A stretch of DNA of 64,000 nt from contig CALUQI010000001.1 of assembly GCA_944322875.1 (NCBI GenBank), forward strand, positions 3,467-67,466, read 5' to 3'. Positions 18,841 to 28,487 of this stretch are shown here, piece after piece. Made by a program: the position numbers and the translations under genes. Positions within the stretch are counted from its first letter, which is position 1, and each line of letters starts with the position of its first letter. Under the pieces are notes generated by a model. It searched no databases. It saw nothing but the letters and a program-made list of their open reading frames with translations, and was not told the origin of the DNA. The DNA is from Candidatus Gastranaerophilales bacterium. GTDB lineage: Bacteria; Cyanobacteriota; Vampirovibrionia; Gastranaerophilales; Gastranaerophilaceae.

Positions 18841-20152
18841 GATTTTTTAAATATTTTATTAATTTTTGTATATCTTTATTCCACAATCCGTTCCAATTTC
18901 GCAGAATGATATCTGCCGGACAGAGGTTGTTTAGAGTGTATTCTTTTATGGGTTCAAGAAACTTTTCTTCGCCTGTGGACATACTTATCAATGACTTTTC
19001 TGCTATGTAAAGTATATCTTTTGCTATGTCGGATACTTCATAGTTTCTTAAATGTGCTTGTAATGCGTTTTTGGGAACATTATACCTTAATTCAATAAAA
19101 TCATTGTTAGAATATTCTTTAAATAATTCTTCAGTTTCTTTCATTGCGTCATCGTTGTACAGTATTCCTTTGTATATTGCCAGAATTGCAAATGGCATGC
19201 TTACGCAATCGTGATTTCTTATTTCTATAAAGTTTCGCATTCTAACATCAGGGAAGTATAAATTTGCCTGAAGCTTATAATCATCAATTGTGGCTTCATA
19301 ATTTTCAAACCCGTGTTTCATAAATTGTTCGAAGTTAATTTTCCCGTTTACGTTTATGGTGGTATTCCCTTTATTTAAGAATATCACAGGTGATTTTATA
19401 ACGGCATCTATGTAGCTTTCAAGAGAAAAATCTCTATCTAAATTACAAGCGAATCCGCATCTGTCGTTGTCAGTATTAAGCCAGCTTAAGCCTCGGAATG
19501 TCTTATAACCCGTTTCGACTCCTCCTCGTATTGGTGAATTAGCAAACATGGCTGTCATAAAGGGGCTTAATTTGTTCGCTAATTTGAATTTTCTTATCGC
19601 ATCTTCTTCATTCTTAAAATCAAATGTTCCTTGAATACCGGCAGTTTCGCGCATCATTACATCCGATAAAATACCCCATAAATATTTTGCCATTATTTGA
19701 TATCGTTTTTTAGGAAGAATGTTAATATTCTTATGTGTAGAAAGTGGGGAAACACCATATTCAATAAGGGTTATATTGAGACTGTCCAATATCTTATTCA
19801 TTTTTTTATTTAATGAATTAATTTTTTCTTGCAACTCAAATATTGTTTTTTCAGGTTTTATACTTAATTCAATTTGACAGCCCGGTTCAAGAGTTATGGT
19901 ATCGTGATTTTGTTTAAGTCCTATTATATTGTAATCATCAGTTATATAATCCCAGTTTTCTTCTTTTGCAAATTGTCTTAAAAATTCCGTTATCCCTAAA
20001 CTATAGTCAACAGCATTGTATGAAGATGATGAAATTGGCAAGCGTTCGTATTCCATGCCGATTGTGTATTCCTGAGATGACCTGTATCCTTCAGTATATA
20101 ATCTTAGTATATCTTCTTTTTCAAGTTTAATTTTAGTTTGAGTATTTATCAT
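18821..20152 (-). CDS. gshA: Glutamate-cysteine ligase (plant/cyanobacterial GCS2-type)
   Basis: 443 aa. IGMEYERLPI and TLEPGCQIELS blocks resemble the GCS2-type gamma-glutamylcysteine synthetase signature (EPGGQ.ELS). Confidence 0.7.
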   Translation of the reverse strand: MINTQTKIKLEKEDILRLYTEGYRSSQEYTIGMEYERLPISSSSYNAVDYSLGITEFLRQFAKEENWDYITDDYNIIGLKQNHDTITLEPGCQIELSIKPEKTIFELQEKINSLNKKMNKILDSLNITLIEYGVSPLSTHKNINILPKKRYQIMAKYLWGILSDVMMRETAGIQGTFDFKNEEDAIRKFKLANKLSPFMTAMFANSPIRGGVETGYKTFRGLSWLNTDNDRCGFACNLDRDFSLESYIDAVIKSPVIFLNKGNTTINVNGKINFEQFMKHGFENYEATIDDYKLQANLYFPDVRMRNFIEIRNHDCVSMPFAILAIYKGILYNDDAMKETEELFKEYSNNDFIELRYNVPKNALQAHLRNYEVSDIAKDILYIAEKSLISMSTGEEKFLEPIKEYTLNNLCPADIILRNWNGLWNKDIQKLIKYLKNLSQLST

Positions 20153-20244
20153 TATTTCTCCAACACATTAATTATAACATCTTTAAAATTATCAAAGAAA
20201 ATTTTTTAAAACATTTACCTTTGTGTGGTATTATTATTAGTAAG

Positions 20245-21084
20245 ATGAACTACTTCGAAAGGGCAAAGTTTTTTAGAACAAAAAAACGTCTTGGTCAAAA
20301 TTTCCTGATAAACGGAGAAATTATCAAGATAATAATAGATAATGCAAATATTTCTTCTGAAGATACAATTTTGGAGATTGGCCCCGGAATTGGGTTTGTA
20401 ACAGAACAATTGGTTAAATATGCCAAAAAAGTTATTGCCGTTGAATTGGATGAAGATGCCATTGAAGAACTTCAAAAACTTAAAGCACCAAATTTAGAAA
20501 TAATTCATGCTGATATATTAAAAACGGACTTATCATCTTTATGTGATGAACCGATTAAGATAGTTGCAAATATTCCATACTATATTACCAGTCCTATTAT
20601 TGCTCATCTTTTGGGCGAAATTGATGACTTGGAAAATAAGAACAGAAATAAAATAATTGATATAATTTTAATGGTTCAAGAAGAAGTTGCAAACAGAATG
20701 GCTGCTGATGAAAATTCGCCTTCAAAACAATATGGACTTTTGACAATACTTTCTCAGTTTTGGGCTGATGTAGAGATATTTCAACTTGTTGGGAAAAAGT
20801 CTTTTTATCCCGCTCCAAAAGTTAATTCGGCACTCGTTAAGCTCGTTGTTAAAAAGGAACCTCGTTTAACACTTTCGGATTATAAGCATTTCAAAAAAAC
20901 TGTCAGAGCTGCTTTTTCTCAAAGACGTAAAAATATAAAAAATTGTCTTTTAAACGGAGGATTCCCAAAAAATTCAATAATCAACGCACTCTCAAAATTG
21001 AATATTGATGAAAATATTCGGGGTGAAAAGCTTTCTATTGAAACATTAGGTAAATTATCGGAGGCTCTTCTTGAAACAAATTAA
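20245..21084 (+). CDS. rsmA: 16S rRNA (adenine1518/1519-N6)-dimethyltransferase
   Basis: KKRLGQNFL motif, SAM-binding site EIGPGIG, NIPYYITSPI. Start moved to ATG 20245 (MNYFER...) from the track's alternative start. Confidence 0.9.
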   Translation: MNYFERAKFFRTKKRLGQNFLINGEIIKIIIDNANISSEDTILEIGPGIGFVTEQLVKYAKKVIAVELDEDAIEELQKLKAPNLEIIHADILKTDLSSLCDEPIKIVANIPYYITSPIIAHLLGEIDDLENKNRNKIIDIILMVQEEVANRMAADENSPSKQYGLLTILSQFWADVEIFQLVGKKSFYPAPKVNSALVKLVVKKEPRLTLSDYKHFKKTVRAAFSQRRKNIKNCLLNGGFPKNSIINALSKLNIDENIRGEKLSIETLGKLSEALLETN

Positions 21085-21862
21085 AATCCAATGTCCGGCA
21101 AAGATTAATCTTAATTTAAAAATTATCGGGAAACGCGATGACGGGTTTCATAATATTGAAAGTGTTATGCAAACTATAAATTTATATGACTATCTGACAA
21201 TTTCTGTTGAAGAGTATAACAAATTTGAAATTAATCTCTCAGGAAACAGTAAAGAAATTCCTTATGATGAAAGAAATCTTGTTTATAAAGCAGTATTACT
21301 TTTTATAGAAAGTATAAATCTATTGCCTTGTAAAATTAATGTTTTTATAGAAAAAAATATCCCTGTTGCAGCCGGACTTGCTGGGGGAAGCACAGATGCT
21401 GCAGGAGTTATTTTTGGTTTGAATAAATTATTTGGTGAACCGTTAAATTTGAAAAGTTTACATCTGCTCTGTGCTAAATTAGGTTCTGATTTAAATATGT
21501 GCCTATCAGGCGGAAAACAGAAAGCCTTAGGAAGAGGTGAAATCTTGGAAGCTTTGCCGTTTGAAGAATTCAGTGTATCTCTAATAAAACCGGTTAATCT
21601 GGGAATAAGTGCTAAAGATGCTTATACAAAATTTGCACAAAAGACTAAAGATGTTAACCGACAAATGTTTATGAATGATTTGGAATGGGCTATATTTGAC
21701 GATTACAAAGAACTGCAGAAAATAAAAAAACTTTACCCTAAAGCAATTATGTCGGGTTCCGGTTCAACATATTTCGGCATAGGATTTGAGTTTGATGAAC
21801 AACAGGGTTTTTGGGTTAGAAATAATTTAAAATCTATTCCATATGGTGTTGAAGTAGTATAG
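21071..21862 (+). CDS. ispE: 4-diphosphocytidyl-2-C-methyl-D-erythritol kinase
   Basis: 263 aa. PAKINLNLKI and GHMP-kinase motif PVAAGLAGGSTDAA. TTG start overlapping the end of rsmA. Confidence 0.9.
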   Translation: MKQIKIQCPAKINLNLKIIGKRDDGFHNIESVMQTINLYDYLTISVEEYNKFEINLSGNSKEIPYDERNLVYKAVLLFIESINLLPCKINVFIEKNIPVAAGLAGGSTDAAGVIFGLNKLFGEPLNLKSLHLLCAKLGSDLNMCLSGGKQKALGRGEILEALPFEEFSVSLIKPVNLGISAKDAYTKFAQKTKDVNRQMFMNDLEWAIFDDYKELQKIKKLYPKAIMSGSGSTYFGIGFEFDEQQGFWVRNNLKSIPYGVEVV

Positions 21863-21896
21863 AAAAGACCTCCTTTAAAAGAGGTCTTTTCTTTGT
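21862..21896. terminator. Bidirectional rho-independent terminator
   Basis: GAAAAGACCTC-ctttaaaa-GAGGTCTTTTC followed by a T-rich tail. Lies between convergent ispE and the 700-aa gene. Confidence 0.65.
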
Positions 21897-21914
21897 CTTG
21901 TTGAGTTTTTACTT

Positions 21915-24017
21915 TTATTTCAATTGATTTTTGTAATATGTACTGTCACTAGTAGCTCTGGTATCACGATCTTCTTTGGTAGTAAATCCTTTACGTTCAG
22001 CTAAAACTTCATCATTTTCATTTTTTATTCTGTATCCGTATGTAGTATTTTCTGTCGTTGTAGTTTGATCTGCCCTTGTGTTGGCAACAACTCTTGCATC
22101 TGATTCTTCTTTGTCTATAGTCCTTTTGAATTTTTCAGGGTCTGAAACATCAATTAACTTGTATTTTTTACCGTTAATTTCAATTTCGTAGTCAAGTTTG
22201 ACTATTTTCGGAATATTGGCACTGGATCTGTCTATATTATGTGCATCTTTAATTTTTCTTGCAATAGCATTGGCAGTACTTCCGTCTATTGGTTTACCGT
22301 CTTCTGTAGTATACATGTTTTGTACAATACCAAACCAATACTCTCCGGATTTTCTTTCATAATTATATGTTGCATTATGAGCGTTCTGTTGTGTATCTTG
22401 AGTGTATTCAACTTTTATATTAGGATCAGATAATGACCCTTGGATTTCTTTGGCCTGCGGTGCCGGAACAGGTGGTTTTTCTTCCGGTGCTTCCTCCACT
22501 TGTTCTTCTTTTTCGTCACAATCACAAGGTTTTTCTTCAGGACATGGCGGACATGGATCTTCCGGAAGTAATTCAGGTTTTTCTTTAGCTTCCATTGCCC
22601 ATAAACCGGCCATTACAAGCTCTTCAGGACTTAGTATATGTTGTCCGTCTTTTCCGGCCGCAATTTTTAGAAGTTCTTCTTTCTGACCTGTGGTTGCATC
22701 CAGTGAATCGATTGTCATAAGAATATATTTTACTTTTTCAGTATTCTCCGCTGTTCCAAAAGTCATTCCTTCATATGCTTTTTTGCCGGGGTTCATTTTG
22801 TCCGGTTTGAATAATTCTTCAATTCCTGCACCGTGTAATACATCAGGATCTTCTGTTTTACCGAATAATAATCCTGATAATACACCTGCAATACCGCCGC
22901 CAAGGAGACCGCCCTGCCAGTTAAATGATGTTACGCTTGCACTTGCACTGTCGTATGCTAACATGCCACCAGTTACTGAGTTAAATACTCCGGCTTCAGC
23001 AAAAGCAGTTACTATTGTCGGGAAAGCACTTGCACCCAATGCTGACAGGGTTGCTACCCCAAGGCTTTTTGCAAGATTTTTCCAAATATCATCTTTTACT
23101 CCATATCCAAGTCTTTTGTATTCATATTTAGCCGCGACATCATTATCATAAAGAAATGCTTTTGATGCTGCACCTTCAACTTCATTCGGTTGTGCGACTA
23201 AATCGGATCCGACTCTTGGTGATAGTAATGAATGCGCTATTTCGTGGTTGCTTTGATCTTCTGTATTAATTTCAAGGGCCATGGCTCTTTGTTCCAAACC
23301 TCCAAGAAATCCTTGCTTGTGTACTTTTAACCTTAAACCATCGGCTTCATCTCCAAGTGCTTTTCTTGCATCTCTACGTTCGCCCAATGTGTCAAATACT
23401 CTTGTGTTTTCTACTCGGTCACCAATTCGTAAACGTTTAACTATTATCCTTGCGGCTTCTTTATCAAAATCGGCACCTTTAGCAAATTCTTCATTAATTT
23501 TTTGTTTTTGTTTTTCGTCAGTAGCTTTTGCTAAAGCCAGTTCTTTTATTTTTTCCCTTGTCTCTGCGACTCTGGCTTCAACAACTTTTCTTAAGGCTTT
23601 CTGCCACTTTTTGTTCTTATAAAATGGAATACTTGTATCAATATTATCGTTTTTTGCTGCTTCTTCTATTATTTTTCTTTCTTCATCATGTAATTCTACC
23701 GGTTTGTATAAACTATCAGCGTATTTTTTAGACTGTTCTTTCATTTTAGCCATTTCGTTAGCTTCGTTTTGCTGGATTTGTTTACGACGTTCTTGGCGTG
23801 TTAGTTGTTCTTCGGGAGAAACTTGCTCGGCATCTTGTTCAATGTCGAAACCGGTTATCACATCTTGGTTTTTTGCAGCATTTCTGTATTCGATGGTAAT
23901 TTGTTTTCTTTCCGCTTCACTGGCATTATTCCATCTTCTTTTTTCTGCTCTAGGTAAAGTTGCATATTCTGCTCCTGTCAAAAACTCAGAATTGTTTGGC
24001 ACATTGTTCACTGACAT
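21915..24017 (-). CDS. Large hypothetical membrane protein (HEIAH motif, Gly-rich TM hairpin, Cys/Pro/Glu linker, LysM-like C-terminus)
   Basis: 700-aa uninterrupted ORF with AAGGA 10 nt upstream of the ATG. The domain-like features were read from the translation (see findings). I recognise no family. Confidence 0.6.
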   Translation of the reverse strand: MSVNNVPNNSEFLTGAEYATLPRAEKRRWNNASEAERKQITIEYRNAAKNQDVITGFDIEQDAEQVSPEEQLTRQERRKQIQQNEANEMAKMKEQSKKYADSLYKPVELHDEERKIIEEAAKNDNIDTSIPFYKNKKWQKALRKVVEARVAETREKIKELALAKATDEKQKQKINEEFAKGADFDKEAARIIVKRLRIGDRVENTRVFDTLGERRDARKALGDEADGLRLKVHKQGFLGGLEQRAMALEINTEDQSNHEIAHSLLSPRVGSDLVAQPNEVEGAASKAFLYDNDVAAKYEYKRLGYGVKDDIWKNLAKSLGVATLSALGASAFPTIVTAFAEAGVFNSVTGGMLAYDSASASVTSFNWQGGLLGGGIAGVLSGLLFGKTEDPDVLHGAGIEELFKPDKMNPGKKAYEGMTFGTAENTEKVKYILMTIDSLDATTGQKEELLKIAAGKDGQHILSPEELVMAGLWAMEAKEKPELLPEDPCPPCPEEKPCDCDEKEEQVEEAPEEKPPVPAPQAKEIQGSLSDPNIKVEYTQDTQQNAHNATYNYERKSGEYWFGIVQNMYTTEDGKPIDGSTANAIARKIKDAHNIDRSSANIPKIVKLDYEIEINGKKYKLIDVSDPEKFKRTIDKEESDARVVANTRADQTTTTENTTYGYRIKNENDEVLAERKGFTTKEDRDTRATSDSTYYKNQLK

Positions 24018-24349
24018 CGTTCACATCCTTTCAGCCTTGTGGCTATTATTAAATAAATCATTATTCTCGTGATATCATGTTAAACGTTTTTTTTGTTTCA
24101 AAATTGCATATGTTATCTTGTTTTTATTGCTTGTTAAATCTTAGAAATCCTTTCTGTATGTGAGTTTAAACTGTATTGTATTTAAGTTTACAATACTTAA
24201 TATATACGGTTTATATATACATACTTTTCTACACAAGTATGTATACGGCGATATCTTCAAAAAACTTTTATTGTTGTTAAGAAATATTAATTTTTTTATT
24301 CCCTTGTCACCCTATTTTCATATTCCCTTTTTAAATATATAATTAACTT

Positions 24350-25321
24350 ATGACAGTTTTAGAAGTAAAAAATTTAAATTTAGGTTTTAATTGCGAGAGT
24401 GGATTCAAACAGGCCCTTTATGATGTTTCATTCAGTTTAAAAAAGGGTAAAATGTATGCGCTTGTTGGTGAATCTGGTTGCGGTAAGACAATCACAGCAA
24501 TGAGTATATTAAAATTGTTACCTAAGAACTCTAAAATAGTTGGCGGTGAAGTTTATTATGACGGGAAAAATATATTAGATTGCTCTCAAAAGGAAATACA
24601 AAGAATAAGAGGTTCTAAAATCGCATTAATTCCTCAAGATCCGATGACATCATTAAATCCTCTTTATACAGTTGGCGATCAATTATTGGAGGTGATAAAA
24701 ATCCATCAAGGTCTGGAAGGTAAAGAAGCATATAAAAAAGCTGTTGAAGCCTTTGAAATGGTTCAGATTCCCTGTGCTGAATTGCGATTAAAAACATATC
24801 CTCACGAATTTTCAGGCGGTATGAAACAACGAGCTATAATAGCAATGGCTTTAGCTTGTAATGCAGAAGTTTTGATTGCTGATGAACCCACTACCGCATT
24901 GGACGTAACAATTCAAGCTCAAATTATGCGTTTACTCAAAATGATTAAAACAGAACTGGGTACATCAATACTTTTAATAACTCATGATTTGAATTTAGTA
25001 GGAGAAAATGCGGATGAAGTCTCTGTTATGTATGCAGGCAGAATAATAGAAACGGCACCTGCTTGTGAATTTTTTCAAACTCCAAACCATCCGTATTCAA
25101 GGGCATTGCTTAGTGCAGTCCCGTCAGAAAGTTCTGAAATACTTGAAAATATAAAGGGGCAGCCTCCATCAATTCAACAAATCATAAGTGGATGTAAATT
25201 TCATCCTCGATGTAATTTTTGCATGCCAATTTGTTTAAATAATATTCCAGAGATGTTGAAAGTAGGTGAAAATCATTATTCAGCCTGTTTTATAAATAAA
25301 GAACCCGATAACAGAGTTTAG
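24350..25321 (+). CDS. ABC transporter ATP-binding protein, oligopeptide/dipeptide (OppD/DppD) type
   Basis: 323 aa. Walker A GESGCGKT, signature FSGGMKQR, Walker B LIADEPTTALD. C-terminal Cys-containing oligopeptide-type extension (HPYSRALL...CKFHPRC). Confidence 0.85.
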   Translation: MTVLEVKNLNLGFNCESGFKQALYDVSFSLKKGKMYALVGESGCGKTITAMSILKLLPKNSKIVGGEVYYDGKNILDCSQKEIQRIRGSKIALIPQDPMTSLNPLYTVGDQLLEVIKIHQGLEGKEAYKKAVEAFEMVQIPCAELRLKTYPHEFSGGMKQRAIIAMALACNAEVLIADEPTTALDVTIQAQIMRLLKMIKTELGTSILLITHDLNLVGENADEVSVMYAGRIIETAPACEFFQTPNHPYSRALLSAVPSESSEILENIKGQPPSIQQIISGCKFHPRCNFCMPICLNNIPEMLKVGENHYSACFINKEPDNRV

Positions 25322-25457
25322 TTATCGGATTCTTATTCGGTTGTAAATTAGGATTCATGCAGGTCCCAACAACCGCCGGTGTGTTAATGTCAAAGTCATT
25401 TGCCGCATTGATGCATGTCCCAGCATATCCGGGATTGATTCGGCGTTCACACCGGAT

Positions 25458-25952
25458 TTATTCCTGAATTTCTATTCGTCTTGGTTTTGAATCTTCAGTA
25501 TTTTGTTTCGGGATTGTTATTTTAAGAACACCGTTTTTATATTTTGCGTTAGCTTTATCCGCTTTTATAGCTTGATCAAAAGAAATTGTACGTTGATATT
25601 TACCATAGCGGAATTCACTTGTGTGATAACGTGCGTTTTTTTCTTCTTCTTCTTTTTCTTCTTTTTCTTCTTGCGTTTCTGCTGTTATGGTCATAAAATC
25701 GTTATTTATTTCTATTTCAATATCATCTTTGTTTATTCCGGGCAGTTGAACTTTTACAGTATAATTATCTTTACTTTGTTTTACTTCTATGGCAGGTCGC
25801 CATATTGAATTCTTTTTAATGTTAAGCGGATTTGCAAAACTTTGTGTTAAAAGTGTATCTCTAAGAAAATTATTTAATTCTTGGTGGATGCTGTCAAAGT
25901 ACAAATCGGGTTCCCTTATTATTATATCGTGTTTCATTTTTACTCCTTTCAA
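25458..25952 (-). CDS. Hsp20/alpha-crystallin small heat-shock protein
   Basis: 164 aa. Alpha-crystallin domain (WRPAIEVKQSKDNYTVKVQLPGINKDDIEIEI...NGVLKITIPK) with a Glu/Lys-rich insertion. Confidence 0.85.
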   Translation of the reverse strand: MKGVKMKHDIIIREPDLYFDSIHQELNNFLRDTLLTQSFANPLNIKKNSIWRPAIEVKQSKDNYTVKVQLPGINKDDIEIEINNDFMTITAETQEEKEEKEEEEKNARYHTSEFRYGKYQRTISFDQAIKADKANAKYKNGVLKITIPKQNTEDSKPRRIEIQE

Positions 25953-26082
25953 TATCCCAAAATAACTTTTTTTCGAAGAGCTTTCATTCTCTTATAGTTT
26001 AATTATTACAATTCTAAATTATATACTTTCGTGTAATAGATTTAATTTTCGGTTGTTAAAATAATATTTTGTGGAGGTTTAT

Positions 26083-27105
26083 ATGGCAATAAAAATGTTA
26101 ATATTTGATTATCGTGAAACTGAATATGATTTTTTCGGCAAAAACAAATTTGATAATTATGAGATTAAATTTTTTGACTTTAGTCTTAATGAAGACACTA
26201 TCTGTCAAATATCAGAAGAAGATAAACAGAATACTATAATAATAAGTACTTTTATTAATTCTGAGTTGACCCCTAAAGTTATAAATAGTTTTAAAAATCT
26301 CAGAGCAATAGCTACGCGGTCAACTGGTTATGATTATATTAACCAGAAAGCTTGCAATCAAAGAAATATTGCTATACTAAATGTCCAAAATTATGGCGAG
26401 ACATCTGTTGCAGAATTTACTATGGGGCTTATCCTCGGCATGTCCAGAAAGATTTTTAATGCAATAGATGATATTAAGAATCATCAAATTTATAAAAAAT
26501 CATATGTGGGTAAAGACTTGGAGAATATGACTTTGGGTGTTGTCGGCACTGGTGCAATAGGTGCTGCAGTTTGTAAGTTAGCTTATTCTTTCGGTATGAA
26601 TATTTTAGCTTATGATGTGGTGCAAAAACTTGAATTGCAGGAGAAATATAAGGTAAATTTTACTACTCTTGATAATTTGCTTAGGAATTCGGACATAGTA
26701 ACATTACACATTCCATACACAGGCAATAATTATCATATGTTTTCAAAACACGAATTCAATATAATGAAAAAAGATTCAATTTTTGTGAATGTTGCACGGG
26801 GTGAAGTGGTTGAACTTAAATACCTTAAGGAGCAACTTGAAAATGGTAAGATTACAGCAGCTGCGCTGGATGTTGTCGCTTGCGTTACTGAAGAATGTGA
26901 GGAATTCTCAAAAAAGCTTGAAAAAACTTCTCTATCCTGCTTTGAAAACTCTTCGCTCATAAAGGAATTGGTCTCTATGCCAAATGTTTTTATTACTCCT
27001 CACATAGCTTATGAATCACAAGATGCAATAAATTACATTTTGACAAAAACCTTTGAAGGAATAAAAGACTTTATTAATGGCGGTAATAAAAATAGAGTTT
27101 GTTAG
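26083..27105 (+). CDS. D-isomer-specific 2-hydroxyacid dehydrogenase (NAD-binding)
   Basis: GVVGTGAIGAAV Rossmann motif. Catalytic R/E/H pattern (NVARG...PHIAY). Start set at ATG 26083, which has GGAGG 5 nt upstream. Confidence 0.85.
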   Translation: MAIKMLIFDYRETEYDFFGKNKFDNYEIKFFDFSLNEDTICQISEEDKQNTIIISTFINSELTPKVINSFKNLRAIATRSTGYDYINQKACNQRNIAILNVQNYGETSVAEFTMGLILGMSRKIFNAIDDIKNHQIYKKSYVGKDLENMTLGVVGTGAIGAAVCKLAYSFGMNILAYDVVQKLELQEKYKVNFTTLDNLLRNSDIVTLHIPYTGNNYHMFSKHEFNIMKKDSIFVNVARGEVVELKYLKEQLENGKITAAALDVVACVTEECEEFSKKLEKTSLSCFENSSLIKELVSMPNVFITPHIAYESQDAINYILTKTFEGIKDFINGGNKNRVC

Positions 27106-27158
27106 ATAATAATTGTAAATTTATTGGCTAATATCTAATATTATTTTATAATTGACAT

Positions 27159-28487
27159 ATGAAGATTGGATTTATACCAATAGATGACAGACCTGTCAGT
27201 TTCCTTTTGCCTGAACAGATTGCAGCAATAGATGAGAGTATAGAGCTTGTATTGCCTGAACGCAAATGGTTGGGTAATTTGACACAAGGTGCCGATGTGA
27301 ATAGGCTTTTGAAATGGCTTCGTAATCTTGATAATCTTGATGCGATAGTTGTTTCACTTGATACTATAGCATATGGTGGGCTTATTCCTTCAAGAAGATG
27401 TTCAGATTCTTTTGAACAAATAATAAGTCGAATAAATGAGTTGAAGAATATTCTTGTATCTAAAAAACTTCCTGTATACGCATTTTCCAGTATAATGCGT
27501 ATGTCAAATAATACTATAAATGAAGAGGAAAAAGAATATTGGTCCCAATGGGGTAAGAAAATATTTAATTATTCCTATTGCATGCATAAATATGGGACAG
27601 TTTGCAAAAAAGAAGTTCCTGATAATATACTTGAAGATTATTTGTCCGGCAGAAAAAGAAACTTTGATGTAAATAAAGTTTATTTAAATTGGCAAAAAGA
27701 AGGTATTTTTAGTCAATTGGTTTTTTCAAAAGATGACTGTTCTGAGTACGGCTTTAACGTAATGGAAGCAAATGAATTAAAGAATCTTGGTGGTTTCGTT
27801 AAAACAGGAGCTGATGAAATCCCGCTTTCATTATTGGCAATGTCTTTACAGAAAAAAGTTAGAATTGCTCCAATTTTTTTGGAACCATCTCAGATAAATT
27901 TGATTTCAAATTACGAAGATGTGTCCATTAAACAATGCGTAAATAATCAAATTTTACTTGCCGGTTGTGAGATCTCTGATGAACAAGATGCGGATATTTT
28001 ACTGTATGTGAATAATTTCAAAGATCATCAGGGTGAAATTGTCATGGGAATTCAAACAGAAATGTTTAATTCAGTATTTGATGCACCCAAAAGACCATAT
28101 ATGATTGCGGATGTAAGGTTTGCAAATGGAGCAGATAATAATTTCGTCAGCAAATTATTTGAGTGCAAATTTGATGAGAACTTTTTTGGTTATTCTGCGT
28201 GGAATACTTCGGCTAATTCTTTGGGAAGCCTTATTTGTACGGCAAAAGTGAAATTTTTGGCTGACAAATACAATGAATCAGCATTTAAAAAATCTCAAAT
28301 AGTCAGATTTTTGGATGATTGGGCTTATCAGGCAAATGTTAGGCAACTGAAACCTTCCTTAAGTCAAATTAAAGACTATATGATTGATTTTGAGCAAATT
28401 GTGTTTAATAAAATTGGAATAAAATGTTACTGTAAATATAAATTTCCTTGGAATAGATTGTTTGAGGTGGAAGTTGAACTTATTTGA
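27159..28487 (+). CDS. Conserved hypothetical protein, probably the DUF4127 family
   Basis: 442 aa. N-terminal IPIDDRPVS and SLDTIAYGGLIPSRR blocks match my recollection of DUF4127 (PLDxRP, DMLxYGGLxxSR). Confidence 0.5.
   Translation: MKIGFIPIDDRPVSFLLPEQIAAIDESIELVLPERKWLGNLTQGADVNRLLKWLRNLDNLDAIVVSLDTIAYGGLIPSRRCSDSFEQIISRINELKNILVSKKLPVYAFSSIMRMSNNTINEEEKEYWSQWGKKIFNYSYCMHKYGTVCKKEVPDNILEDYLSGRKRNFDVNKVYLNWQKEGIFSQLVFSKDDCSEYGFNVMEANELKNLGGFVKTGADEIPLSLLAMSLQKKVRIAPIFLEPSQINLISNYEDVSIKQCVNNQILLAGCEISDEQDADILLYVNNFKDHQGEIVMGIQTEMFNSVFDAPKRPYMIADVRFANGADNNFVSKLFECKFDENFFGYSAWNTSANSLGSLICTAKVKFLADKYNESAFKKSQIVRFLDDWAYQANVRQLKPSLSQIKDYMIDFEQIVFNKIGIKCYCKYKFPWNRLFEVEVELI

Noticed and set aside
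20215-20475. 86-aa minus-strand ORF overlapping the start of rsmA
   Set aside because: It is antisense to a well-supported rsmA and has no motif. Its composition is that of a shadow frame.
22239-24072. Several + strand ORFs (22239..22433, 22402..22686, 22690..23151, 23281..23622, 23528..23731, 23704..24072)
   Set aside because: They are shadow frames opposite the uninterrupted 700-codon minus-strand ORF. The translations are Ser/Phe/Leu-rich low-complexity sequence.
25620-25690. T/C-rich low-complexity run (tttttttcttcttcttctttttcttc...) as a phase-variable repeat
   Set aside because: It is the antisense of GAA/AAG codons encoding the Glu/Lys-rich insertion (EEKEEKEEEEK) of the sHSP. It is an imperfect repeat with no long homopolymer, which is ordinary for AT-rich genomes.
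28380-28470. yybP-ykoY manganese riboswitch upstream of mntP
   Set aside because: The mntP start overlaps the 3' end of the preceding coding sequence, so there is no non-coding leader. I could find no matching conserved helices.
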